A stretch of DNA of 64,000 nucleotides, taken from the NCBI GenBank assembly GCA_964453435.1, contig CAYVQZ010000002.1, positions 20,555-84,554 on the forward strand, read 5' to 3'. Positions 56,643 to 64,000 of this stretch are shown piece after piece. The stretch is from an uncultured bacterium. Lineage in GTDB: Bacteria > Abyssobacteria > SURF-5. The position numbers and the translations under genes are program-made. Position 1 is the first letter of the stretch; each line of letters starts with the position of its first letter. Below the pieces are notes generated by a model. It searched no databases, was not told the origin of the DNA, and saw only the letters and a list, made by a program, of their open reading frames with translations.

Positions 56643-57443
56643 ATGCCAAACACGACGCTTTCTCACAAGATTTGGGTTCGCGTGCTCGCCAGCGGAAGTC
56701 GTGGCAACTCGATTCTGGTTTCCTCCCGCAACTCCAACTTCCTTGTCGATGCGGGGCTCAGTTGCAAAGAGTTGGCGCGCCGCCTCGCCCGGGTGGGTTT
56801 AACTCCCGGTGACCTCTCGGCGGTCGTGGTCACCCACGAACATCAGGACCATATCCGCGGAATCGGAGTCCTTTCCCGCCAGTACCGGGTTCCCATATTC
56901 ATGAACGCCGCAACCCTGAGGGCTGCGACGTCGCATGTCGGAGATATACCGAGCGCGCAAACGTTTTCGACCGGTGACGTTCTGTCATTGGCCGGTCTGA
57001 CCGTTCAAACGTATCCGGTTCCGCACGATGCCGCCGATCCGGTGGGACTGAGTATCCAGAACTCTTCGCGACGCATCGGCGTGGCTCTTGACATGGGGTA
57101 TCCGACGAAACTGGTCAAACAGCGCCTTCGGGATTCAAATTTGTTGATTCTCGAGTTCAATCACGACCCGCTTATGCTTCGGGGCTGTTCCCGGCCCTGG
57201 GAGATAAAGCAGAGGATACTCAGCAAAACCGGCCACATGTCGAATGACGCCGCGCTTGCATTGCTTTGCGAGTTGATGCATAACGGACTGCGCGATGTCG
57301 TGCTGGCTCACATCAGCCGCGAGGCGAACTGCCCCCATCGCGCCTCCGCCCTGGTGTCGGAGCGGCTCGCCGGAATGGGTCGCGCCGACATTCGGATACA
57401 TGTGGGGGACCAGGATGAAGTCGGAAACCGGATAGATGCGTAA
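56643..57443 (+). CDS. MBL-fold metallo-hydrolase (YycJ/WalJ-like)
   Basis: The start was moved to ATG 56643 (MPNTTLSHKIWVRVLASGSRGNSILV...). It has the HxHxDH motif THEHQDH and downstream metal-binding residues D/H. The track ORF carries a 56-aa extension. Confidence 0.75.
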   Translation: MPNTTLSHKIWVRVLASGSRGNSILVSSRNSNFLVDAGLSCKELARRLARVGLTPGDLSAVVVTHEHQDHIRGIGVLSRQYRVPIFMNAATLRAATSHVGDIPSAQTFSTGDVLSLAGLTVQTYPVPHDAADPVGLSIQNSSRRIGVALDMGYPTKLVKQRLRDSNLLILEFNHDPLMLRGCSRPWEIKQRILSKTGHMSNDAALALLCELMHNGLRDVVLAHISREANCPHRASALVSERLAGMGRADIRIHVGDQDEVGNRIDA

Positions 57444-58785
57444 GGACACACATCCCGCCGGCTCGATACAAGACAATTCCCGGAAGAAGATTGAAACGAT
57501 GAGTTCGGCGGCAGACCTATCCCCTGCGGAGCTGCCGTGGTCTCTCTACGGCTCTTTTGCGAAGCTGGTGGGTTTCCCTCTAAAAATCTGTGGAGTCAAC
57601 GGTCATCCTCTCGAAGGCGTCCAACAATTGCCCGTCAGTGGTCCGTGCGAGGCTTTGAGAAGAGGCGGACTCTTTTCCGAGCAATGCGCCAGGAACCATG
57701 CGGAAGCCGCCGCTATGGCAATCGAGTTGCAACGTCCGTACATTTACAATTGCCATATGCGTCTGGCGGGATGGGCGATTCCCATCATTCGGGAAGGGCA
57801 AGCGCTTCCCGTCGTCATCATCTGTGGAGGGGTGCTGCTTACAGAACCCGATATGGCGCTGATCAGACATTTGGAGCGGCAAGCGATCGAGAACGGTGCG
57901 GACCCCGCTCTCCTGGCGCTCTCTCTCCGTATGGTTCCCGTAATTTCGCGCAGCAAGTTTCGCGAAGCCGCCGAATATCTTTTCGAAATGTCGGATGCCC
58001 TGCTGACATCGCGGGCCATGAAAGAGCCGGGTGGGCAGACCGCTCCACCTCCGCCGCCCGCGGCCTCTGTCGTGTTTCCCCCAGGGCAAAAGAAGGAAAG
58101 CAGACGAGCGAAGCTTCGGAATGCGGAAGAACTGACCAGGCAGAATCTGGAAATTGAAGCAATCCGATGTATGCGCGACCGGAAGCCTGACGATGCGCGC
58201 CGAATTTTGCTCGAAATACTTCATCGGGAGCTTCGGAGCGCGCCGGCATCCGGAGCGGCGGCTAATCTGATTCTGGCGGAAATATTCGCGCGTCTTTTTC
58301 GAAAGGCGGGACATGAGAAGCGAATTTCGCGGCTCGTTCACGACAAACAAAGCCGTTTTCTCAAGGAAGTCCTTTCACAAGGCGAAACCGAAGACATTTT
58401 TGATGACTTCAAACGATTATGCAAAAAGTTCGTTTCCATTGCCGAGGAAACGGCGGGCGAATCACGTTCTCGACACGTGAAGGCAATCCAAAACTATATC
58501 GAGAAGAACCTTGGGAAGAAGCTGACGCTGCAAACGGTGGGCAGGAAATTCGGCCTCACCGAGAAAGCGCTGAATGACATCATACGGAGAGCGTGCGGGA
58601 TGAGCTTTACCGATTACGTCGCTTCCCTGCGGGTGTTCGAAGCGAAACACTTGCTCTCAACGACGAACCTGGGAATCGGCGAGGTCGCGCATCGGACCGG
58701 CTTTCCCGACCAGAGCTATTTCACGAAGGTGTTCAAATCACAGCTTGGCGTCACACCCACAGAGTTCCGGCACGGGAGCGAATGA
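57436..58785 (+). CDS. AraC family transcriptional regulator with N-terminal PocR-like sensory domain
   Basis: The C-terminus has a dual HTH_AraC domain (LTLQTVGRKFGLTEKALNDIIRRACGMSFTDYV...IGEVAHRTGFPDQSYFTKVFKSQLGVTPTEFR). The N-terminal ~170 aa (C-rich: ICGVNG...GPCEAL...YNCHMRLAGWAIPI) resemble a PocR ligand-sensing domain. The likely start is ATG 57499. Confidence 0.7.
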   Translation: MRKDTHPAGSIQDNSRKKIETMSSAADLSPAELPWSLYGSFAKLVGFPLKICGVNGHPLEGVQQLPVSGPCEALRRGGLFSEQCARNHAEAAAMAIELQRPYIYNCHMRLAGWAIPIIREGQALPVVIICGGVLLTEPDMALIRHLERQAIENGADPALLALSLRMVPVISRSKFREAAEYLFEMSDALLTSRAMKEPGGQTAPPPPPAASVVFPPGQKKESRRAKLRNAEELTRQNLEIEAIRCMRDRKPDDARRILLEILHRELRSAPASGAAANLILAEIFARLFRKAGHEKRISRLVHDKQSRFLKEVLSQGETEDIFDDFKRLCKKFVSIAEETAGESRSRHVKAIQNYIEKNLGKKLTLQTVGRKFGLTEKALNDIIRRACGMSFTDYVASLRVFEAKHLLSTTNLGIGEVAHRTGFPDQSYFTKVFKSQLGVTPTEFRHGSE

Positions 58786-58830
58786 GCGAGCAATCCCACG
58801 GGCTCCGACGGAAAGAAAGGAATCGGACAG

Positions 58831-59184
58831 ATGCTCAAGGTTGTGTATTGTCTCCGGCGGAAACGGGAAATGTCGCGCGGAGAATTTCAGAAGTACTGGC
58901 TTGAAACGCATGCGGAGTTCGGAAAAAACATTCCCGGCGTGAAACGATATGTCCAAGTGCACACGCTCGACGGCGAAATGCAGGAAATGATGGCGGCCGG
59001 GCACCCCGCGGGAAGAAACGAGCCGTTTGACGGCGTGGCCGAGCTGTGGTTTGAAGAGGAAGATTTGCGAAAGCTGCCCGGAACGGAGGGAGCGCTCGCC
59101 GCCGTTCAGGACGAAGCCAACTTCATCGATTTCGAACGGTCCGTCATATTCCTGGCAAGGGAACACGTCATAGTGGGCGATTAG
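58831..59184 (+). CDS. EthD/Dabb-like (dimeric alpha+beta barrel) small protein
   Basis: 117 aa, MLKVVYCLRRKREMSRGEFQKYWLETHAEF..., with a pattern matching the EthD family ferredoxin-like fold. Confidence 0.55.
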   Translation: MLKVVYCLRRKREMSRGEFQKYWLETHAEFGKNIPGVKRYVQVHTLDGEMQEMMAAGHPAGRNEPFDGVAELWFEEEDLRKLPGTEGALAAVQDEANFIDFERSVIFLAREHVIVGD

Positions 59185-59393
59185 CGGTCGGATGGAAGTA
59201 TGGGCGTGTCCGCTCGGCTCTCAGTGTTCGCATTGGGGGCAGAAAACCTGTTTCGCGGTTGCGCATGCTGACAAAAAAACCATTGTGCCCAATTGCGGAA
59301 TCCCTTCGGAAGGCGCCAATTCCTTCGCACAATTCGAATACGACCGGACGGCCGGCTTTTTGATGTGTTGAATTTGGCCGAATGAATCCAGCC

Positions 59394-60518
59394 CTACTGT
59401 TGGATTAGTGTTCGCGCGATGATGTATCGCTGAATCTCCGATGTGCCGTCCCAGATTCGCCCCAGACGCGCATCCCGGTAAAAACGCTCGACGGGCGTTC
59501 CCTTGAGCAGACCGTTCGCTCCATGTATCTGCAGAGCCCTGTCGGCGACGCGCCACGCCATCTCCGATGCGAAGAGCTTGACCATCGAGGATTCCAGCGT
59601 TGTCCTCTCGCCTCTGTCCAGCTTTCGGGCGGCATCGTATACCATCAGCCGGGCGGCGTGCAGTTCGGTCGCCATGTCCGCAAGCATGCATTGGATTGCC
59701 TGAAACTCTCCTATCGGTTTTCCGAATTGTTTGCGTTTGCTCGCGTATTCGACCGAAAGCTCCAGAAGTTTCTGTGATGCGCCAATCGCAACGGCCCCGA
59801 TGAACTGCAACCGGCCGGCATCGAGGCCGCCCATCGCGACGAGAAATCCCTGGCCCTCCTCGCCAACGAGGTTTTCCGCCGGCGTCTCGCAGTCCTCGAA
59901 ACGAAGGCGCGCCGTCGGCATGCCCCGCAACCCCATCTTTGGCTGAACCGCGTCGACGGAAAAACCCGGGAACGCGCGTTCCACGATAAATGCGCTGATT
60001 CCGCCCCGCGCGCGTTTCTCCGGATCGGTCACCGCGAAGACGAGATGCAGGTCGTTCACGCTGCCGTTCGAGATCATGTGCTTCGTGCCATTGAGATAGT
60101 AATAATCTCCTCGGCGCTCGGCCCGTGTCTGTATGTTGGCCGCGTCGCAACCCGCCTCCGGCTCGCTCAACGCGAAATCCGCCCTCGACTCGCCGCGTGC
60201 GATTTTCGGGAAATATTTCTCCTTGAGTTTTTCCGAACCGAAATTCGCCAGCCCCGCGATGGAGCCGCCGACGAACCGTACGACCGACTGGTTCACGCGC
60301 GCCAGCTCCTCGGTGACGACGCACAGCTCGACCATGCTTAACCCCATGCCGCCATATTCCTTCGGGATGCCGATTCCGTGCAGTCCCATCTCGGCTATCT
60401 TTTTTGCAAGTGCGGGTGGAATCGAATCGGTTTCCTCGATCTCATTCGAAAACGGTTCCACCTCTGTCTCGACAAAATTCCGAATTTTCGCTCGCAAAGC
60501 TTCAAGGTTCTCGTTCAC
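59394..60518 (-). CDS. acyl-CoA dehydrogenase
   Basis: 374 aa with ACAD N-terminal, middle (FALSEPEAGCDAAN, YYLNGTKHMISNG) and C-terminal (catalytic E in YASKRKQFGKPIGEFQAIQ...) domains. Confidence 0.85.
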   Translation of the reverse strand: MNENLEALRAKIRNFVETEVEPFSNEIEETDSIPPALAKKIAEMGLHGIGIPKEYGGMGLSMVELCVVTEELARVNQSVVRFVGGSIAGLANFGSEKLKEKYFPKIARGESRADFALSEPEAGCDAANIQTRAERRGDYYYLNGTKHMISNGSVNDLHLVFAVTDPEKRARGGISAFIVERAFPGFSVDAVQPKMGLRGMPTARLRFEDCETPAENLVGEEGQGFLVAMGGLDAGRLQFIGAVAIGASQKLLELSVEYASKRKQFGKPIGEFQAIQCMLADMATELHAARLMVYDAARKLDRGERTTLESSMVKLFASEMAWRVADRALQIHGANGLLKGTPVERFYRDARLGRIWDGTSEIQRYIIARTLIQQ

Positions 60519-60673
60519 GGGACCTCTCCGGATTTCAGCGCTTGCGGGATACTAATGCACTTTCATTGTGGGCGTCATTATACCACCTAATTCCCTGCGC
60601 TGCGCATCAGCGATGTTTGTTTGCGCTCCTTACAAAGCTTTGTTATTCTTGTTGCAGGTATTATCCTTAGGTT

Positions 60674-61672
60674 ATGTTCTTGCGATACTTGCGGGAGGTG
60701 AATCCTACATTGGAGGCCGATTTGCAACTGGAACTCTATCGGAAAATGGTGCTTATACGCCGGTTCGAAGAGAAAACGAACCAAATGTATCAAAAAGGGA
60801 AAATAACGGGGTTTTGTCATCTCTACATCGGCCAGGAGGCCGTCGGGATAGGAGCGATTTCGGCGATCCGCGACACCGATTACGTTGTCACGGGTTACCG
60901 CGAGCACGGACAGGCCATTGCCAAAGGCATTGACCCGAAACTGGTGATGGCGGAACTGTACGGCAAGGAGGCGGGCATCTCGAAAGGGAAAGGCGGCTCC
61001 ATGCACATTTTCAGCCCTGAGAAGCGGTTCCTGGGAGGTGACGCGATTGTCGCCGGCAACCTTCCCATCGGGGTAGGCGCCGGCGTCGCGATAAAGTATC
61101 GGAAAAGCGATGACATCGTGCTCGCGTTCTTCGGCGATGGAGCCGTGAATGAAGGCGCGTTCCACGAAGCATTGAATCTGGCCGCCCTGTGGGACCTGCC
61201 GGTCCTGTTCTTCTGCGAAAACAACCGGTACGGAATGGGGACGCCGGTGCATCGCGCCTCTTCGATCGAGGATTTGGCAAAGCGGGCGGCGGCGTATGAC
61301 ATGGATTGGAAGATAATCGATGGAATGGACGTGATTGAGGTGTACGAAACCACGAGGAGGGCCGCCGAGCGCGTCAGAACACAGCATCGGCCGGAATTGC
61401 TCGAAGCCAAAACGTACCGCTTCAAGGGGCATTCTGTTGCTGACCCCGAGGTGTACAGGTCGAAGGAGGAAGTCGAGAAATGGAAGGAACGCGATCCCGT
61501 CATCATGTTCGAGAACAAGTTAAAGGGTGAAGCGGTTTTGAATGCCCAGCAGATTAAACAGATACGAGACGAGGCGGAAAAAATTGTGAATGAAGCGATC
61601 GAGTTTGCCGAGCAAGCCGAGTTTCCGCCGGCTTCGGCGATATGCGAACACGTCTACGCGGGGAAATTCTGA
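60674..61672 (+). CDS. pdhA: pyruvate (2-oxoacid) dehydrogenase E1 component alpha subunit
   Basis: 332 aa with the TPP-binding motif GDGAVNEGAFHEALNLAALWDLPVLFFCENNRYGMGT and the phosphorylation-loop-like region YRFKGHSVAD. Confidence 0.85.
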   Translation: MFLRYLREVNPTLEADLQLELYRKMVLIRRFEEKTNQMYQKGKITGFCHLYIGQEAVGIGAISAIRDTDYVVTGYREHGQAIAKGIDPKLVMAELYGKEAGISKGKGGSMHIFSPEKRFLGGDAIVAGNLPIGVGAGVAIKYRKSDDIVLAFFGDGAVNEGAFHEALNLAALWDLPVLFFCENNRYGMGTPVHRASSIEDLAKRAAAYDMDWKIIDGMDVIEVYETTRRAAERVRTQHRPELLEAKTYRFKGHSVADPEVYRSKEEVEKWKERDPVIMFENKLKGEAVLNAQQIKQIRDEAEKIVNEAIEFAEQAEFPPASAICEHVYAGKF

Positions 61673-62658
61673 TGGCCGAACTGAGATATCGAGAAGCATT
61701 ACGGGATGCGCATGCGGAAGAGATGCGGCGCGACGAACGAGTTTTTGTGATGGGCGAGGAGGTCGCCGTGTGGGGCGGGTCGTTCAAGGTCACCGAGGGC
61801 CTGCTCGAGGAATTCGGAGAAGAGCGCGTTCGAGACACCCCTATTTCCGAAGAGGTTATCGTCGGCGCCGGCATAGGCGCGGCGATGGTCGGCCTCAGAC
61901 CAATCGTCGAATTGATGACGGTCAATTTCTCGCTCCTCGCGATGGACCAGATCATTAACCATGCCGCGAAATACTATTACATGTCGGGCGGACAGTTCCC
62001 GATCCCGATGGTGATTCGAGCGCCGGGCGGAGCAGGGCATCAACTCGGCGCGCAGCACTCGCAGAACCTGGAGGCGCACTTTGTGCACACGCCCGGCCTG
62101 AAGGTGGTTATGCCCTCGACCCCCGCCGATGCAAAGGGCTTGTTGAAAACGAGCGTGCGCGATGACGACCCGATTGTTTTTCTCGAACACGAAGGGCTGT
62201 ATGCGATGAGGGGGGAAGTCCCCGACGACGATGATTTCACCATCCCCTTGGGAGTCGCCGACATCAAGCGGCAGGGCGACGATGTGACGGTGGTGGCGTA
62301 CTCCCGCATGGTGCACGTCGCGCTCGAAGCCGCCGCGAAGCTTCACGAAGAAGACGGAACCAGCGTTGAAGTCATTGACCCCCGCACCTTGAAACCGTTC
62401 GACATCAATGCGGTTCTTAAATCCATCGAAAAGACCAATCACCTCATAATAGTCGAGGAGGATTGTCGAACGTGCGGAGTGGGAGCGGAAATCGCGGCTT
62501 CCGTCGGCGAGCATGCGTTCTACAATCTCGACGCGCCCGTTCTGAGAATTGCCTCGGCCGACGTTCCCATACCATACTCGAAGCATCTCGAAAAAAGCAC
62601 AATCCCTCAAGTGGACGATGTGGTTCACGCAGTCAGAAAAATCTTGAACCAGAAATAG
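61672..62658 (+). CDS. pdhB: pyruvate (2-oxoacid) dehydrogenase E1 component beta subunit
   Basis: The start ATG 61672 overlaps the pdhA stop (TGATG). The protein MAELRYREALRDAHAEEMRRDERVFVMGEEV... carries transketolase-like pyrimidine-binding and C-terminal domains. Confidence 0.85.
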   Translation: MAELRYREALRDAHAEEMRRDERVFVMGEEVAVWGGSFKVTEGLLEEFGEERVRDTPISEEVIVGAGIGAAMVGLRPIVELMTVNFSLLAMDQIINHAAKYYYMSGGQFPIPMVIRAPGGAGHQLGAQHSQNLEAHFVHTPGLKVVMPSTPADAKGLLKTSVRDDDPIVFLEHEGLYAMRGEVPDDDDFTIPLGVADIKRQGDDVTVVAYSRMVHVALEAAAKLHEEDGTSVEVIDPRTLKPFDINAVLKSIEKTNHLIIVEEDCRTCGVGAEIAASVGEHAFYNLDAPVLRIASADVPIPYSKHLEKSTIPQVDDVVHAVRKILNQK

Positions 62659-62684
62659 AGCTGCGCTTCGGAAAGGGACCCCTC

Positions 62685-63113
62685 ATGTCGAACAAAGTGA
62701 CCGTCCGGTATATCGAGAATCTCCAGCATCAGGTAATTGCGTATCCGCACTCGTTTATCGTCGACGAACCCATGGGCGAGGGCGACGGGCTGGGCGCCAA
62801 TCCGTATGACCTGCTGCTCAGCGCTCTCGGCGCATGCACGGCGATGACGCTCATCATGTATGCGCAACGAAAAAAAATTCCGGTCGAAACCATCAGCGTC
62901 GAACTCGACCATAAACGGACCTACCGCGATGATTGTGAAGGGTGTTCCGAGGAAGAAAGAAGGATGGAGACGATGTCGCGGCATATCACGATTCGGGGTT
63001 CCGTAACAGAAGAGCAGAAGGGGAAATTGCTCGAAATCGCCAGGAAGTGTCCTGTTCACAGGACCATTACTTCCAAGCCGGCAGTCGAGGATACCATCGA
63101 AATATTCGATTAG
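62685..63113 (+). CDS. OsmC/Ohr family (thiol peroxidase-like) protein inserted between E1-beta and E2
   Basis: 142 aa from ATG 62685 (MSNKVTVRYIENLQ...). It has the conserved Cys pair (LGACTAMT... and ...ARKCPVHRT) characteristic of the OsmC fold. Confidence 0.7.
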   Translation: MSNKVTVRYIENLQHQVIAYPHSFIVDEPMGEGDGLGANPYDLLLSALGACTAMTLIMYAQRKKIPVETISVELDHKRTYRDDCEGCSEEERRMETMSRHITIRGSVTEEQKGKLLEIARKCPVHRTITSKPAVEDTIEIFD

Positions 63114-63131
63114 CTCAAAAAGGAGACGGTT

Positions 63132-64000
63132 CATGGCCACTGACGTTGTTATGCCAAAATTGAGCGACACGATGGAGGAAGGCCGCATTATCAAGTGGCT
63201 GAAACAAGTGGGTGACCACGTGAAAGAAGGGGAGCCGCTGCTCGAAGTTGAAACGGACAAGGCGGACATCGAGGTGGAGGCGTTTGATACCGGCTCCTTG
63301 CTCGAGATACTTGTCGATGAGGGCGAGACGATCAAGGTGGGCGAAAAGATTGCCGTCATTGGAGCCGCGGAAGAGGCAAAACCGGCCGAGGAACCGGCAG
63401 AAACGGAAGAAGAAAAAGCAGAAGAAGCCGAGCAGGAAGAAAAGGCCGAAGAAGAAGCCGAGGCGGTAGAAGAACGACCGGCGCCTGAAGCGGAGGAGAA
63501 GATCGAGAAAAAAGAGAAAGAAGAGAAAGAGGCTCCGGCAGAGAAAAAGAAAGAGGAGGAGCGCGCAAAAAAGGAAGAAGAAAAGAAGCGCGCACAGAAG
63601 GAGGAAGAGGAAAGAAAAAAGAAAGAACAGAAAAGAAAAAAGGAAGAAGAGGAAGAGCGCCAAAAAAAGAAGAAGGAAGAAGAAAAAAAGAAAGAGGAAG
63701 AGGAGAAAAAAGCCGAGGTCCCACAGAAAACCGGGAAGGAGCGCAAAGAAGAACAACAGCGTGAACGCGACGTGAAAGTCCATATGGAACAGCGGGAAGC
63801 GATCGAGAAGTTCGTCGCCCGCCCCGCACCCGGAAAAGTGAAGGCATCCCCTCTTGCCAGAGAACTCGCTCAACAGCATGATATCGATCTCTCCGAAGTG
63901 CGGGGCACCGGTCCCGGCGGAGAGATTGTGAAACGGGATATCGAAAAAGTTATCGGCGGTGAGGCGAAGGCGAAGCCGGCGGTCGAAGAAAAACCAACAG
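63132..64000 (+). CDS. dihydrolipoamide acyltransferase (E2) of 2-oxoacid dehydrogenase complex; 3' end beyond window
   Basis: The lipoyl domain MATDVVMPKLSDTMEEGRIIKWLK...ETDKADIEVEAFD contains the lipoyl-Lys. An exceptionally long Lys/Glu-rich linker of about 120 aa follows, then the peripheral subunit-binding domain SPLARELAQQHDIDLSEVRGTGPGGEIVKRDIE. There is no stop before 64000, so it is absent from the ORF track. Confidence 0.8.

Noticed and set aside
63340-63760. Possible tandem repeat array or CRISPR-like periodicity in the GAAGAA/AAAGAA-rich DNA
   Set aside because: There is no regular repeat-spacer structure. The periodicity is 3 nt (codons for Lys/Glu) and the stretch is in-frame coding sequence.
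62625-63879. Long minus-strand ORFs (373 aa and 254 aa) of poly-Ser/Phe/Leu
   Set aside because: They are reverse-frame artefacts of the purine-rich Lys/Glu linker of the E2 gene. The plus strand encodes a textbook lipoyl domain and peripheral subunit-binding domain.
1-64000. tRNA, rRNA, CRISPR, integrase/transposase or prophage signatures
   Set aside because: Scanning by eye found no cloverleaf-like GTTCGAATC/TTCGAATCC T-arm motifs in intergenic regions, no regular repeat-spacer arrays, and no recombinase-like ORFs. The dispersed repeats found lack adjacent mobility genes.

Overview
This 64-kb window reads as ordinary chromosome from a fairly GC-rich bacterium. No CRISPR array, rRNA, tRNA, or obvious phage or transposase genes are visible. 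A protein with a type-IV-pilin-like N-terminus and an H-X9-DG-like C-terminal motif (DUF1559-like), a fused MFS/spermidine-synthase gene, and long Lys/Glu-rich linkers point to a Planctomycetota or other PVC/candidate-phylum lineage; that placement is inference only. Gene density is high and calls are confident: HU, thiE, an MFS transporter, a DsrE-like protein, the DUF1559 pseudopilin, two tandem KDSR-like short-chain dehydrogenases with an ornithine-cyclodeaminase-family gene, tlyA-(Zn-ribbon)-nadK-recN-(FG-GAP protein), NfeD-stomatin, acyl-CoA ligases and a dehydrogenase, three amidohydrolase-superfamily genes, hisF, rpoN, an AraC/PocR regulator, and pdhA-pdhB-(OsmC)-E2, whose E2 gene runs off the window end. 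The most unusual part is a 16-kb cell-envelope locus (18.5-34.3 kb) carrying paralogous triplets: GT-C glycosyltransferases, membrane-anchored SGNH-like proteins, and membrane-anchored alkaline-phosphatase-superfamily 'sulfatase-like' proteins whose formylglycine Cys is replaced by Thr. These sit with an AlgI/DltB-type MBOAT and the fused MFS/spermidine synthase. A third GT-C-like gene, partial at the window start, lies next to two SAM methyltransferases and a GT2. Other notable items are two mosaic families of dispersed intergenic repeats (core motifs GGACTGYCCCCGAAGCG and CATGGYGTCCCCAATAACC), an EncFtn-like ferritin without encapsulin or a targeting peptide flanked by a tetraheme cytochrome c and a CDF exporter, several perfect palindromes/inverted repeats in long 5' regions, and a 2.0-kb secreted protein with an internal tandem duplication plus a PKD-like domain. 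The six-frame ORF track omits ORFs lacking an in-window stop, so both edge genes were found by manual translation.
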